Of a DNA stretch of 54,251 bases, positions 12,101 to 22,607 are shown one piece after another. Numbering within the stretch: position 1 is the first letter of the stretch; every line of letters starts with the position of its first letter. The stretch is from Phoronis australis. Its lineage: Eukaryota; Animalia; Phoronida. The notes below the pieces were generated by a model, which did no database searches, was not told the origin of the DNA, and saw nothing but the letters and a program-made list of their open reading frames with translations. The stretch lies in NCBI GenBank assembly GCA_002633005.1, contig NMRA01001105.1, positions 1-54,251 on the forward strand. Reading direction: 5' to 3'. The translations under genes were made by a program, and so were the position numbers.

Positions 12101-12382
12101 TTGGCTGATATCATGTTAAATGAATTAATGTTATTATCATTATTACTATTGTTGTTGTTTTTAGCGATGTAATCAGCCGTTGAAAAATCAAAAAATTGTG
12201 CAAATTCTCAAAATTAAAGAAAAATGATGTAATTAAGCTGATGAAAGTATCAGAAGTCCCGTATCATGTGCACTGGCTTCTGTCCGATGTCTCAGGTCAT
12301 TGGAATGACGACAACTGTGGCGAGAAACTGGGTTATGTCTGCCAGCGCCCTCTAGGGGGGCATCCGACCAGAACCGTGCCAG
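98..12382 (+). CDS. Partial multi-exon gene: tandem C-type lectin domain protein (macrophage mannose receptor-like), open at both ends
   Basis: Eleven exons with AG/GT boundaries (except where cut by N) and compatible phases: 98-194, 2178-2413, 3056-3230, 4205-4465, 4764-4824, 6373-6556, 7414-7626, 8361-8542, 9297-9364, 11744-11844, 12296-12382. They encode parts of five CTLDs (C..W..F...CY, WIGL, WSDG, EPN/QPN, WND, C-terminal VC) joined by P/T-rich linkers. Confidence 0.93.
1186..1701. mobile_element. Non-autonomous hAT-like DNA transposon (MITE)
   Basis: Perfect 13-bp TIR CAGGGCTTGGAAT...ATTCCAAGCCCTG, flanked by direct repeat ATACTA, with subterminal (T)TTCCGC repeats. Confidence 0.8.
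2178..2413 (+). CDS. Lectin gene exon: N-half of CTLD-B
   Basis: acactag|...GAT|gtatgt; NPCRLGYRPFGGSCYF...ARQFCRDHGGDLVSINNGFEQAFV...IWIGLTSKD. Confidence 0.92.
3056..3230 (+). CDS. Lectin gene exon: C-half of CTLD-B
   Basis: tttag|...CCA A|gtaag; DGYTFRWSDNWPVTYTMWKKGEPMRDPKSTCVIMMNPDGLWNDTVCDLSLPSVCEINP (not in the ORF track). Confidence 0.92.
4205..4465 (+). CDS. Lectin gene exon: P/T linker and N-half of CTLD-C
   Basis: ccttacag|; TPPPFTTPPPGLCPRDWQPFGANCYWF...WADAERVC...LVSVHSQADEEFV...VWVGLSRQPGA. Donor position approximate. Confidence 0.9.
4763..4763. other. Assembly join (single N)
   Basis: N separates intron-like sequence from the middle of an exon; the C-half of CTLD-C is missing. 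Confidence 0.85.
4764..4824 (+). CDS. Lectin gene exon fragment after N gap: start of CTLD-D
   Basis: Begins right after N at 4763; TPPPPPCPSVWSYVNGKCYK|gtaaac. Confidence 0.85.
4985..5585. mobile_element. Helentron-like non-autonomous element (HINE/DINE-like), tentative
   Basis: Starts at a T-run with a perfect 15-bp hairpin (4989-5020), followed by gtcc/cgtcc motifs and degenerate internal repeats (ctgtatctcctaaac twice, cctagtgg three times, aaatttgg-type motifs). Confidence 0.5.
5588..5722. mobile_element. tRNA-derived SINE-like head (+, 5641-5722) with an inverted, internally deleted copy (5588-5640)
   Basis: A-box-like TAGTGGTTAAGG and B-box GGTTCAAATCC. 5588-5617 is the exact reverse complement of 5693-5722, and 5617-5634 of 5653-5670. 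Confidence 0.7.
5785..5826 (+). ncRNA. Minimal type I hammerhead-ribozyme-like motif
   Basis: CAC-CUGACGA-U-GGCCGG(loop)CCGACC-GAAA-UU-UC-GUG: intact core boxes, helix II 5/6 bp, helix I 3 bp, palindromic GAAAUUUC in place of helix III. Confidence 0.5.
6373..6556 (+). CDS. Lectin gene exon: middle of CTLD-D
   Basis: ctgcag|...ACA G|gtatgt; SYNTYYSEKNWFNARDHCESLGAQLASFHD...LWLGLSYPNAST. Confidence 0.9.
7414..7626 (+). CDS. Lectin gene exon: C-half of CTLD-D plus linker
   Basis: ctgcag|; PEWSDGTPYDYTNWETGQPNNHNGAERCVEF...WRDKNCAVTQGWVCQI...TTTPTPQPVI; phase-1 donor gtgcgt. Confidence 0.92.
7782..8050. repeat. 51-bp minisatellite, about 5 copies, intronic
   Basis: Unit atgatggctgaaccaaagtattcaaacaaaaattacccagaattccctgtc; array begins at TACAGTACATGCCAAAAGTATTC. 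Confidence 0.92.
8361..8542 (+). CDS. Lectin gene exon: N-part of CTLD-E
   Basis: tttgcag|...ATG|gtaata; DSPCGDPKWIAYNNQCYY...SWQGARNWCMVRGAHLTSIHNMAENNFLVTM. Confidence 0.92.
9297..9364 (+). CDS. Lectin gene small exon: WIGL segment of CTLD-E
   Basis: ttttcag|...TGG CA|gtaagt; LGKKSRQEKMWIGLNKLNHAGWQ. Confidence 0.9.
10170..10685. mobile_element. Degenerate Helentron-like non-autonomous repeat, tentative
   Basis: Motif vocabulary similar to 4985-5585 (ggcgcccccta, ccctagtgg, aatatct..caagtt repeats), ending near ...gctcttatgtt; boundaries approximate. Confidence 0.3.
11744..11844 (+). CDS. Lectin gene exon: EPN segment of CTLD-E
   Basis: tgtag|G...AAT G|gtaaga; WADGSPTDMINWSENEPNDVIGGQSCVDLYIFN. 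Confidence 0.9.
12296..12382 (+). CDS. Lectin gene exon: WND segment of CTLD-E, cut by N gap
   Basis: ctcag|; GHWNDDNCGEKLGYVCQRPLGGHPTRTVP then N at 12383. Confidence 0.9.
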
Positions 12383-12383
12383 N
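12383..12383. other. Assembly join (single N)
   Basis: N truncates a coding exon; the following sequence is an unrelated dispersed repeat. Confidence 0.85.
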
Positions 12384-12406
12384 TACTACACGTTGAAATG
12401 AAATTC

Positions 12407-12519
12407 TATCATGTCTGTTTTCACGTGACCTTTGGTTTTTAGGTTTGAGGGCTTGTACCGTGCAGAGGAGAGATATGCATCGCTTCTGCATCGACCCTGA
12501 ATGGACAAAAATTGGTTTT
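12407..12519 (+). repeat. Dispersed repeat, copy 1 (copy 2 at 21274-21365)
   Basis: tctgttttcac(g/c)tgacctttggtttttaggtttgagggc...cgcttctgca...ccctgaatggac(a/g)aaaattggtttt is present at both loci. Confidence 0.8.
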
Positions 12520-13719
12520 AAGCAGTTGACTGCAGCTAACCAGCAAGATCTTCCCATACAGTGTACATGTAGATCTGTTAAAGCCTACTTTCTTCATCGG
12601 AGACAACGAACAAGCTTTGTTACTCCTTTCTCTTCCCACAGCATTTCCACACACCATTAGTGCTGCATGGCGCAATGTACATGTCAGTGGCCTTGGTGAA
12701 AAGTGAATCTCAGTACGAAGTTACCATAAGGCAATGTGTTGTTTGTGTATGAAGAGGAACTACATGTATATCTACTGCTACACAAGTCAGCCTCGTTGGT
12801 GAGGATACCCTTTCAAAGGCATTAAGTCATGTGTGGACAATAGCTTATTTCCTTTCCTGGACGAAACATGCTGGATGGAAGCTAAAGAAGACGTAGCAGC
12901 ACTCTGATCTAGTTCAGGGTCAGGTTTTGGGCACAAAGCGAGTCAAGTTATATGCTGTTGTGTTTACCTTCAAGGATCTAATTGAGGCTGAATGAGGTTA
13001 CCAGGAGGAAAGCCACGTGCCGAAACTGGACCTTTTTTACAAGCGCTTAGATACGCTATTCAAACTAGATCTCCTAGGAATGAAAACAAAAAGCATCTGG
13101 TATAATACCTGTCCTTTCTCACTGAGTGACATTAATATTTCCTTTCAGAAGAAAGGCTTTATACTAATGGTAAAATCTTTTCAATTTGGTACACATTATG
13201 GGGAAATGACATTCAGTGACTACATCGGTTGTCTTATTGTCAGTAGAAAGCCCGTTAATGTTACACTTTGATGATCGAATAAATTTTTCATCAACGGGCA
13301 AGTTTGTCACTAATTATTGAAACCACAATATTTCCTCAGTTTTAAAGCCCCGTACAGTGCAGTTGTGCTTATTCTTTATAAAGCTAAAATGATTAGCGAT
13401 TACGCATGCGAATTGCCGTTTTCCTGTTGACCTCTAGAAATGTGCAGTGATCAAAATAAAGTAATCCCTTTGTTTGCATTTGATTTGTTTGGGTGTGTAA
13501 TTATTTTAAGAGCTTTCTTAAGAAGACCTTTGAACAATTTTAAGTTTTGTGATAACTTGTCCACAACAAAAGTTCTGCATGCAAGAAAAGTATATAAAGA
13601 AACAGCATTGTTAAAAACAATTGTAATTTTCCCACACAATGAAGTCCATTATCAGGCATATCAAAGGATTAATTTCTGAATTAGGTTCAATTCTCTCAGG
13701 TTATTGCTGAAGGATTAAT

Positions 13720-14589
13720 TTTCACTTTGTCCAAAGGTAAAACAGATGGTCAGGCAGTTGGTTTCAGTCGTTTTCTCTCACCTGTAACAGAATAGTCAGA
13801 GAGATATTAGCAAATTATAACAGAAAACACAAGACAAAACTACTTTAAGGCAGAACATACTTGACGTTTCATCTTTTTGTTTATATGTAGAAACTAAATC
13901 TTTGTACCCAAGTCTTATTTAAGATCTGAATTAAACTATGTGAAACAGGCTAAAAGTGATTTAATAATGTGTACTTTTCACGACACCTAAAATGAGCATC
14001 TGACCTCAACAAGTAAAATTCATTCTAAGTGTCAATTTTTATTCTAATGCAATGTTATGACGTTTACTGAATAGCTTAGTCATGTTAATTTGGTAACTAA
14101 TCTGGTAGTCCTGGAGGTGGGGTGCGCTATGAAATAAGGAAACTCACTCGTCTAGAGAATTTTATTGGACATAGCATAGCTTTGAAGAGAAACTGCTTTG
14201 AAAAAGGCACACCTGACTTCTGAGCGTCGCGTACCACACACCTCTTATATTGGACGCATTCCCACCCTTGGAGGACAATACGTGAGTATGTGCTGCTAGC
14301 CTACCCGGCATCCGAGTCCTGGGTGAGTTTTCAAAAGAAACACTTAGTTCCATTCAATAAACCCGTTATTCAGTGAGGTAACTGGTGGAGATAACATCAT
14401 AGAAACTTGATTGCTAAAAAATTACCCAGCAACCGTCCTTATGTAGTCTCAAAGGGGCTTCGGCATCCACACACTTTTTCTCAGTTGGTTGACCCTTTTG
14501 ACCGCAATGCTCCACGAATGTAGTAACCTTAGGTCTTTAGGTAATTTGTGACCACCTGTCGAAAACTTGCACCAGGGAAATTAGCAATG
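13720..14589 (-). pseudogene. Decayed intron-containing THAP zinc-finger relic (transposon-derived)
   Basis: 14455-14589 reads HC*FPWCKFSTGGHKLPKDLRLLHSWSIAVKR...WMPKP. After the acceptor ttacag, from 13781 it reads GERKRLKPTA*PSVLP (THAP C-terminal LK..AVP motif). In-frame stops. Confidence 0.65.
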
Positions 14590-14759
14590 ATAAGGCTTTG
14601 CGCGACGACGTATTTTGATAACAATCCGTCTTTTTACCAGCTGTTTACATGCAGACAGCGACGCATGCGCAATTCAATCACCACTAGTACAGCAGCGACA
14701 CCGCGAGGAGAATTCTCCGAATAGCCCCATTGGCACGAAAGAATTGGAGCCCCCGAAGA

Positions 14760-15030
14760 CATTGAATTTAAGCACCAGTCATCACTTTACACCCAAATCC
14801 AGATGCAAATGGATGTAACAGGTCGCAAGTGGTGTGAATTTGTCGTTTTTAATGTAAATGTTGTAATGTTACCATGTGTCACTGGTCAAACTTTCATCCA
14901 GCGGGTCTATTTTTACCAGGATTTTAATGATAATAGGCTTGTTCCAAGGAGGAAACATTTTATGAGTATGGTGTTCTGCCAGAGTTGCTGACCAACAGAG
15001 TAAAGGATGATGCAAAGCTGTATCCAAACT
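14760..15030 (+). pseudogene. YqaJ/lambda-exonuclease-like C-terminal fragment (ISL2EU-type transposon accessory gene)
   Basis: YTQIQMQMDVTGRKWCEFVVF...FIQRVYF...LVPRRKHF/..VLPELL resembles Y.QVQ.QM.VTG..WCDFVV...IERI.F...LPELL; frameshifted. Confidence 0.75.
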
Positions 15031-16209
15031 CTGAGAAGTACAAGTGCAAGTGTTGAGGATTGAGCTTATGTATTACGAGTACACTTGTGTGCCACATATT
15101 TCCAATGTCATTGTTTTTGTACTCATTTTAGGACCTGCTTCTTTGTGGCCAAACTGCTTGTAGGATCACTCAAAATTAACTAGTGTATTTTTGCTTAGAA
15201 TAACATAGCTTTTATTTTTGAAGAGTTTATTAACTTTGCTGCCTTCTTGAAATTTTTGCATCGGCGGTTGTATCACTTTTCTGTACCAGCGTCTGTATTC
15301 GTTAAAGTTATAAGGGATATAAAGACACTGGTAACTAGGCAAGTCATTTTGATTTCCATCCTTTTCATTCAGCGCTTTGTGACTTTTTGACAGTGATGGA
15401 CACCCTTTAAATCAACCAGGAGCAATGAAGTCACGGGTATATTTTGGTGCTGCGTAGTGGTGATGTTTTGTGAGAGAGCGTTTAAGAGATTTTGCCAGGT
15501 CGTTTATATCTATATAATCTGAAAACTCGATATCTCAGAGGTGTGTTTTAGTGTATTCTTATGTCTGATGCTGCTTGTCCATGTTGGGAGCTAGGTATGA
15601 GTCACATTTGAGTGCAATAGGTGATATATTTGTGATAAAGCTGTTTATAGTAACCATACTGTTTGTTCTTAATGCTGTGGTGTTAACTCTGTTTATATAA
15701 GTTTTATGGTCTAGTTCACCTACTGGATTAACTGTATAAATATATCGTTTTTCCGACAACTAAATTCAGCTTGGAGGGGATGCACTCGGTAGAGCATGAC
15801 TTTGAGATACTCCTGCGTTACAATATTGTCACTAGAACTTGTAAATTGACCCTTCTGATGTACATTTATAAACTCGACAGCAAAGGTTCATAAAAAGCAG
15901 CTTTTTTGTCTAATGACGTACCGTGCATCATCTTTCACCCTGTTTACTGTTTAAAACACATTGCTTCGAACCACGTTATCCTACAGACAAGTGGTTTGCA
16001 TGCGAAGGTCACTTTAAGCAAATGGAACAATCACAAGTTCACCAACAGACTGTTTTTATAAAGAAGTACAATAAAGACTACAGTAAATAAATGTTGGTGT
16101 TTATTGATACAAATATTAATTTTTGAAAAGGGAAAAAAGACATTTCAGTAAGTGGTTGAACACCGATGTTTTCCAGGATAGTCATATCAGGTGTCATTTC
16201 AGGAACCAA

Positions 16210-16688
16210 CTATTCCTTCATTTGTGAAGTTTACCAGGTAACTAAAAATAACCTATATTTTGTTTAGTTCAGAAATTAACCATGCTATTAGGGAAAACAA
16301 ATTGCAGTATTCTATAATTCTTGATTCTTTCGATTACCCTCCCCACAGGGATACGTACTCTGGCAATTCATCAGGCTTCGTCCTCCTCGCTGACTGGGAA
16401 CTGGTCTTTGCCGTTTGAGAATGGAGGTATATTAAGCTTGACTTGTTTTTGAGCTAAATACCCATCGCTTAAAAAACTCTGTCAGCCATGATCGAGTCTC
16501 AGTCCTGACTCGAGACCTTTGATTAACCAGCGTTTTCTGCGACTTCCTTGTCAGTTGCCCTTCCTGGACCCAAGTCACTTATGTGAGTGATGAATCCATT
16601 CGGGGAAATACCAATAAGTCCTTTGGCAGTGTCGTGTCTCTTATACAAGCTGTACGTTTTTGATTGTACACGGAAATGAGAAGGGATT

Positions 16689-16693
<5 letters not shown>
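16210..16693 (-). pseudogene. DDE_Tnp_4-type (Harbinger/ISL2EU) transposase C-terminal relic
   Basis: IEIPSHFRVQSKTYSLYKRHDTAKGLIGISPNGFITHISDLGPGRATD...DSIMADRVF/...LNIPPF..GKDQF...IARVRIPVGRVIERIKNYRILQ, with stops and a frameshift; truncated at the (AT)n tract. Confidence 0.85.
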
Positions 16694-16751
<58 letters not shown>

Positions 16752-16760
16752 GTATGTATA
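16692..16760. repeat. (AT)24 microsatellite followed by (TATG)n
   Basis: Read directly from sequence. Confidence 0.97.
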
Positions 16761-16833
16761 CATGTTTGTATGCAGTTATGGGGTCATCATTTTAAACCTT
16801 GAAGTGGGGTAAAATTTTGAGACCTCGTTCCGG

Positions 16834-16996
16834 GTAATGTATAGCCAGCAACTATATATGCCCCATAGGGTATATGCCCCGGAACAATATATATCCCGCA
16901 ATTATATATACCTCGCTATTTATATACCCCAGTACAATATATAGCCCGCAAGTATATATGACTCATTAGATATATGCCCCAGTATTTTTATAACCT
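16834..16996. repeat. Degenerate 16-17-bp tandem repeat with about 50-bp higher-order unit
   Basis: About ten tatat(a/g)..ccc subunits; acaatatata(t/g)cccgcaa recurs at a 50-bp interval. Confidence 0.65.
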
Positions 16997-17200
16997 GGTT
17001 TTCCACCTAATATACAAGCCCCGCAACTATGTATATGTCACATCCGGTTAATGTTTTATGTGCCAAAAATACACTCCTCTGCAGACCACTGGAATAACGT
17101 GTATGGGTCCAAAAGAGATTTTGCCACTTTCAAACTTAAAATGAATGATCCTTTTATATGTTTATAATTCTGAAATCACATCATTTTTGGCCAAATTACG

Positions 17201-17395
17201 ATTAGAAAACGGACAGTTGCCGCACAAATAAAGAAGTTCGTGCTAAGTCAACGTTTCGTCTTATTCAGCAAGACATCATCAGGATATGTACGGAGGGAAA
17301 ACAAGTGCCGATTACCCTTCAAGTCATATCCATGAAGTTAAATGAGAGTGAGAGATACGGGGAAAGTAATGTGCGGCAATTGTCCGTTTTCTAAT
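17201..17395 (-). mobile_element. Short inverted-repeat-bounded element with a hammerhead-like core (Penelope pLTR-like)
   Basis: 26-bp inverted repeats 17201-17226 and 17370-17395 (25/26). The - strand of 17250-17282 reads CUGAUGA-U-GUCUU(loop)AAGAC-GAAA-CG-UU. Confidence 0.55.
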
Positions 17396-20300
17396 TGTGA
17401 AACGTGACTAACCCAGGTACCAACTGTGCTATTAAATTAATAGTAATAATAGGATATTGTGATGACCTAAAATAGATCATGAACATCATATTTTTAAACG
17501 TAAATTACATTCGAATACACTGCAGAAGTCATCAAGACGTTAAGACCCCATTACCGTTATAAGCAATACCTTATAAGTAAAGGTCCTGAATATGCAAATT
17601 ACCAGTGGTGACGCCCTATTCGAACACGTGTCTTTCGGTATAAATGCAGGTGAATTCACACCTCTCTTGCAGCTAGCGGTACACGGTATTATTGCTGCCT
17701 AACCATAATCCTTTGTGGAGGACCAGGCTGGTCTTAGTGGTCAGTAACACTTTAAGACAACAAGTACAAATCAATAACATGTTACACATGAGTCATAAGC
17801 ACTTATTTTCATTGTTCTTCCACGGAACAAGCCCAATTGCTCTGGCTGTCCTTGGCCTGATAATGAAAATTGATTAAACCTGTATCATCCAAGTAGGTTT
17901 TACAAACTGACAATGAGTTTGCAAAAGATAATTAAACAATACATTTGTTTAGGTTCCTGGTTTTAATGTGTTTTGCAATTCAAACTGTCATTTGCATTTA
18001 ATTTTTAATTAAGTTGTTTTTTAAACATATTCGCTTATTCTGGATACATCGTGTCCATACATTGTATAACTGGTTATCTGAATCACAATACAGATAATGA
18101 TATGACAGATAAGGCAGCCACAATGACAGAGACTAGCACTATTCTTCACAAACTGTTTTGACTTGTCACTGAATGGAGTTTAAGTTTTGTGGATTTTTGT
18201 CGTGGTGAGTTTGGCTTACTTGTAGAGCTTGGAAACTTGTGCAACGAATTTGAAGTTCAATCCCAATGCACCGAAAGATGTAAGTAATTTGATAACCAAA
18301 TTACGACACATGTTTGGAACCATATCAATACACAATCCAATTAAGGCTGACAATAACTTCTCGTAGTATTTACAGGGACTTTATACGTAATTGTGTTATT
18401 ACCGTCAAGTTTGAATTTTCAGCTCTATGCAGCACTGATTGGAGTTTGTTGTCACGCAGGGATTTGAGTAAACAACTTCATCACAACATTCTTATTTTCT
18501 GTGTTCGTATGCTTTGAAATGTAAATTAATCCAATCATGTAAATCTCCAGAGTTTTGGAATTTTTTGTAACTTCTGTCAAACAAGAATAAATCATTTTTT
18601 CTGATATAAAATCTCACTGTTTTGACCATACTTTTGGTATACTGTAGATTACGCATGTCAGTCAGTAAAAGTTTGCATAAGTGGTTCGCTTCAAATACGG
18701 CGTCTAATTACTAATTGCCACAGCATGGCAAAAATACACTATCAACTCGGACCCAAGTTTGACGTGTCAGTCAAACCAAAGACCAGATCTCTATACAATC
18801 ATTTACAGAAAGGTTTACACGGTGTCAATAGAACAGGGGACTCCCATAAAGACACACAATAACAGTAATTAGGCAAGTCCCCGGGGGAGTACTAGTACAT
18901 GTAGGCCCTCACATGTCATGACATTCTGGTGACTCAATTATTTAACCAGATTTAACTGCCACATGGGAGCTTGCATTTCAATTTTCTTGAACAATGAACC
19001 TCTAGTATACACCCTATACTGTAAGTAAGTATGCTAATAAAAGGAATACTGTGTACTAGTATGTATTATTTTATAGCCATAGATGAGCCGGAATTCTGTC
19101 GAGGTTTGCAATGCATTTCTACGACTATGTGACACACATGACTTTCAATCGGGGTCTATCTGATTCCGATTGAAAGACAAGCCGTATCCACGCGTGTACA
19201 GCGATCTCTGTAACAACACATTCGTCACGCAGACCACGTAGTGGCGAGATTGCAAACCTCGACAAATTGCTACTGCGTAACAATATAATATTGTATGCAA
19301 TAGCCCCCTTTCCATGGCATATACCAGTGCGTTTTAGAGTAAAGGGCGATGAATTGGTCCCCTTGGAATTCCAAATTCAATAGACCAGGCGTGCGCATAG
19401 CTGGCGAGACACATACGTAACAAATTACGTAATGAACCGCCTTTCTGAAAGTTAAATAATCATGTCGCAGGGCTATTCAGATCAGGTTAACCAAACTAGA
19501 CGCACTCAAATTAGATCAATGATTTGGTATCTCCAAATTTAGCCTCCAGTGCCGACAGAGTAGCCTACACCTAACCTGGCATTATGTCATTACATTCACT
19601 CCATTCCTTTGAGTAGTGTGCATTATGATGAATGTTGACCAAGACCCTTTTGTCCACTTGTCGTTACACGCATGCTGGCGCCTTTGATTAAAGTATTTCG
19701 TTGTGATTTTAAAGCAGTAGCTATGTTGTACTATGTTCTTAGATGATTTTGAGTGTCAAACCTACCAGAAAATTGATTGTTCCAATAAATTAAGAAAATG
19801 GTATATTCAGCTTTCCCATGACGACAAAGCAGGAAATTACATGGGACACACTACAGTTTTTTACAAGGTTTTTGCTGCCGACACACACCCAAGTGGAGAT
19901 AAAAAAGTCATTATCTCATATCCTTATCGAGAGTCTGAAAAAATAAAATATTTCTTGGCTTCCCCAACTCAAAAGCACTACTCGTGATAACTGAAACTTA
20001 ATAATTGTGCTACAGATTTTTAACCGGCTAATTCATATAGGGGAAAAAACGGCACAGAAAAATAGTACCTAAAATACCAAATTTGACCGTTTTCTCCCTA
20101 AATTTACTGCTTCCCTTCAAGTGATAGAAAACATCTGACAATAGATTCAGGATGCTCTTTCTCTAGATTCTACTTGAAAAATGTGGTAATAGTTAGCCCC
20201 TTACAAGCTACTTTTTTGCAAATTCGATCTGTCTGACAGCCACCTGAATTCGCACAAAGATTTTATAGTTATAGTATCTTTGATTCGCAGCCGTTTTCTC

Positions 20301-21273
20301 AGTTAGCAGGCGACAGGGGTTGAAAGCAAGCCGACAGCCACCATTTAGCATGGAAAGTGGGTCGCGGTTAAAAAAACTTGACTTTCCTCATTCAGACAAC
20401 ACAAGTAAATCAGTTTCTGGGCATTTTTTCAACAAATTTCTCAATCCTCCCGCCAAACTTGACACGCGCCCTGTATTTAAATTCTAGAAAGTGCCATGCG
20501 GAAACAGCCTAACTGTTCAGTGTTACTACGATGTCACCGAAAACTGGTGTTCTTTGAGACCGCCCTGCTCAACACAACACGTGAATTATTGAGAGAAAGG
20601 TTTTGGCTGCAGAATCCAAGAATTTACAAAGCAAGACACAACCAAAGCGTTTATTTTCATTGATAATGTAAGGAACATTCGACAATCTTTACATCAATAG
20701 AGGGCGCGACAATCTTTACATTAATAGAGGGCGTGCGTGTACTCGTGGCGTGTACTAGTGGTGTGGTGATTAAGCAGCCTCGACTTCGTGAGCCCTTTAA
20801 TACATAGTGAAATAGCTTACAGCTGGGCCAACTGATTCTGAGAAAAGGGTGCGTCTGCAAGAGCAAGTAAGCATTACTTCATACTAAGTAAGGTTTGTCA
20901 GTGATTATTTTAACGATTATTCCATGCTTATAATACTGATATCTGATCGTCGAGGTACATCTGTACTGGCCGATGTCGACTTCGCTTCAGTCAGTTAATC
21001 ATTGTTTGTTGTGATGACTGATGTGTATTACGATACTTGACATAGCACTATGGATCTTTTCCTATATCAAAGCATTTATTTATGTTTGGAATAATTTCTA
21101 ACAGTTACATCAATCAATGCTGAATGTTTATCATGTCAACTCGATATTTCTAGTGAGGTAAGACTACAATCCAAGCCCAAAGGGTAAGTCGCAAATATCC
21201 ATTAGACTATTTGTTTACTCCCTATCCTATGGGCTCTAGATACATATTACACTTTGACATGGACATCGAAATA

Positions 21274-21365
21274 TATCAAGTCTGTTTTCACCTGACCTTT
21301 GGTTTTTAGGTTTGAGGGCAACTACCGCTTCTGCAACTGTCCCTGAATGGACGAAAATTGGTTTT
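21274..21365 (+). repeat. Dispersed repeat, copy 2 (copy 1 at 12407-12519)
   Basis: Direct copy, about 20 bp shorter internally than copy 1. Confidence 0.8.
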
Positions 21366-22607
21366 GAGGGGTTTGTTTAGACTGGTCAAATATCCAGGTT
21401 CCTATATAGATAAGTATAAAAGGGGTTTTTAAATAGTTTGAAATGAGCCTGAAAGTGACAAAATTTTAGTTCGTTTTTAAATATGTTATTTTTTAAATTT
21501 CAAAAATCCAATTTTACCTCGATTTTTTTTCAAAATGCACAGGGAATGTTATCAACTGTTTCCTTACGCAGTATTATACTTATCCATACCAGAGATATTT
21601 ACAAAATCATTATGATTTTGATTTTGTGGCATTCTTTCAAGCGAGATGTGGCAAGCACGACACTTTCTGACATTTGGTCACTTTCCGTCTAGTATTAATC
21701 GGGTCCGTGTATCAAAAAACTCTGGCAGGCGATTTTACTGCACTTCTAAAGAGTTTCAAATTTGCAAATTTCGTAAAAAAATGACCCCCGTGTTGCGGAA
21801 AAATAGGCCCGAGAATCTTGCACAACCCTGAAATCCTGAGCCGAGTAAAATGGCTTTGAAGTTAAGCAGGTGCCGTTTTCGATTTGAGGTCAAAATTCGT
21901 TCAGAATGCAAGGTCATTATTTTCCAATTTCTGTTGATGTACTAAAATTAAAGCTAATATTAATTTCGTGTTTAGAAAATATGACATACCTGTTTGTTTA
22001 CAGCGTAATTTTTGCCGCGTGGTAAAAGACTCTCTAACTATATTACATAGACTTATTTGATAGCATTCAAATATCATATGAAGTTACCGTCAATTCATAA
22101 ACCAATATCTGTGTTTTATCAAATAGCCACGTTACTGTCTACATAACAATATTGGCGATGAGGATAAATAACTACTTTCATCGTAATGATTCAACATTTT
22201 CACGTGCCCGCACCACCAACATTTTGACCGACTTCCTGCGCAAATAGCATCACTTGGGTGATATTCTCAAGTAACCAAAGTTTCTCATATTGCTTCCCAC
22301 TAATATCGTATAATAATATCATGAGTTTTAATTCAGCGATACGTTTGAATCTATGCACTAGAACAATATTGCTATGTTAAACACTGGCTGATTTCTCTAT
22401 TTCTGGCGGCAAGTTCAAAAAGCTACTGAATTTGGTAGCACCTCAACGCTTTCCTAGCACAGAAGCACGGTTTATCTCCAAGACTCTACTCTAACGACAT
22501 GTAGTTGTCGATTTCTCGCGCGCACGGCGTGTCTTGACAGTGCGTTCGCCCACTGTTATCGAAGCGTGCAACACCACCCACGTCGACACTTATCGTCCTC
22601 TATACAA

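Noticed and set aside
20680-20733. 27-bp tandem duplication
   Set aside because: Only two copies; ordinary local slippage.
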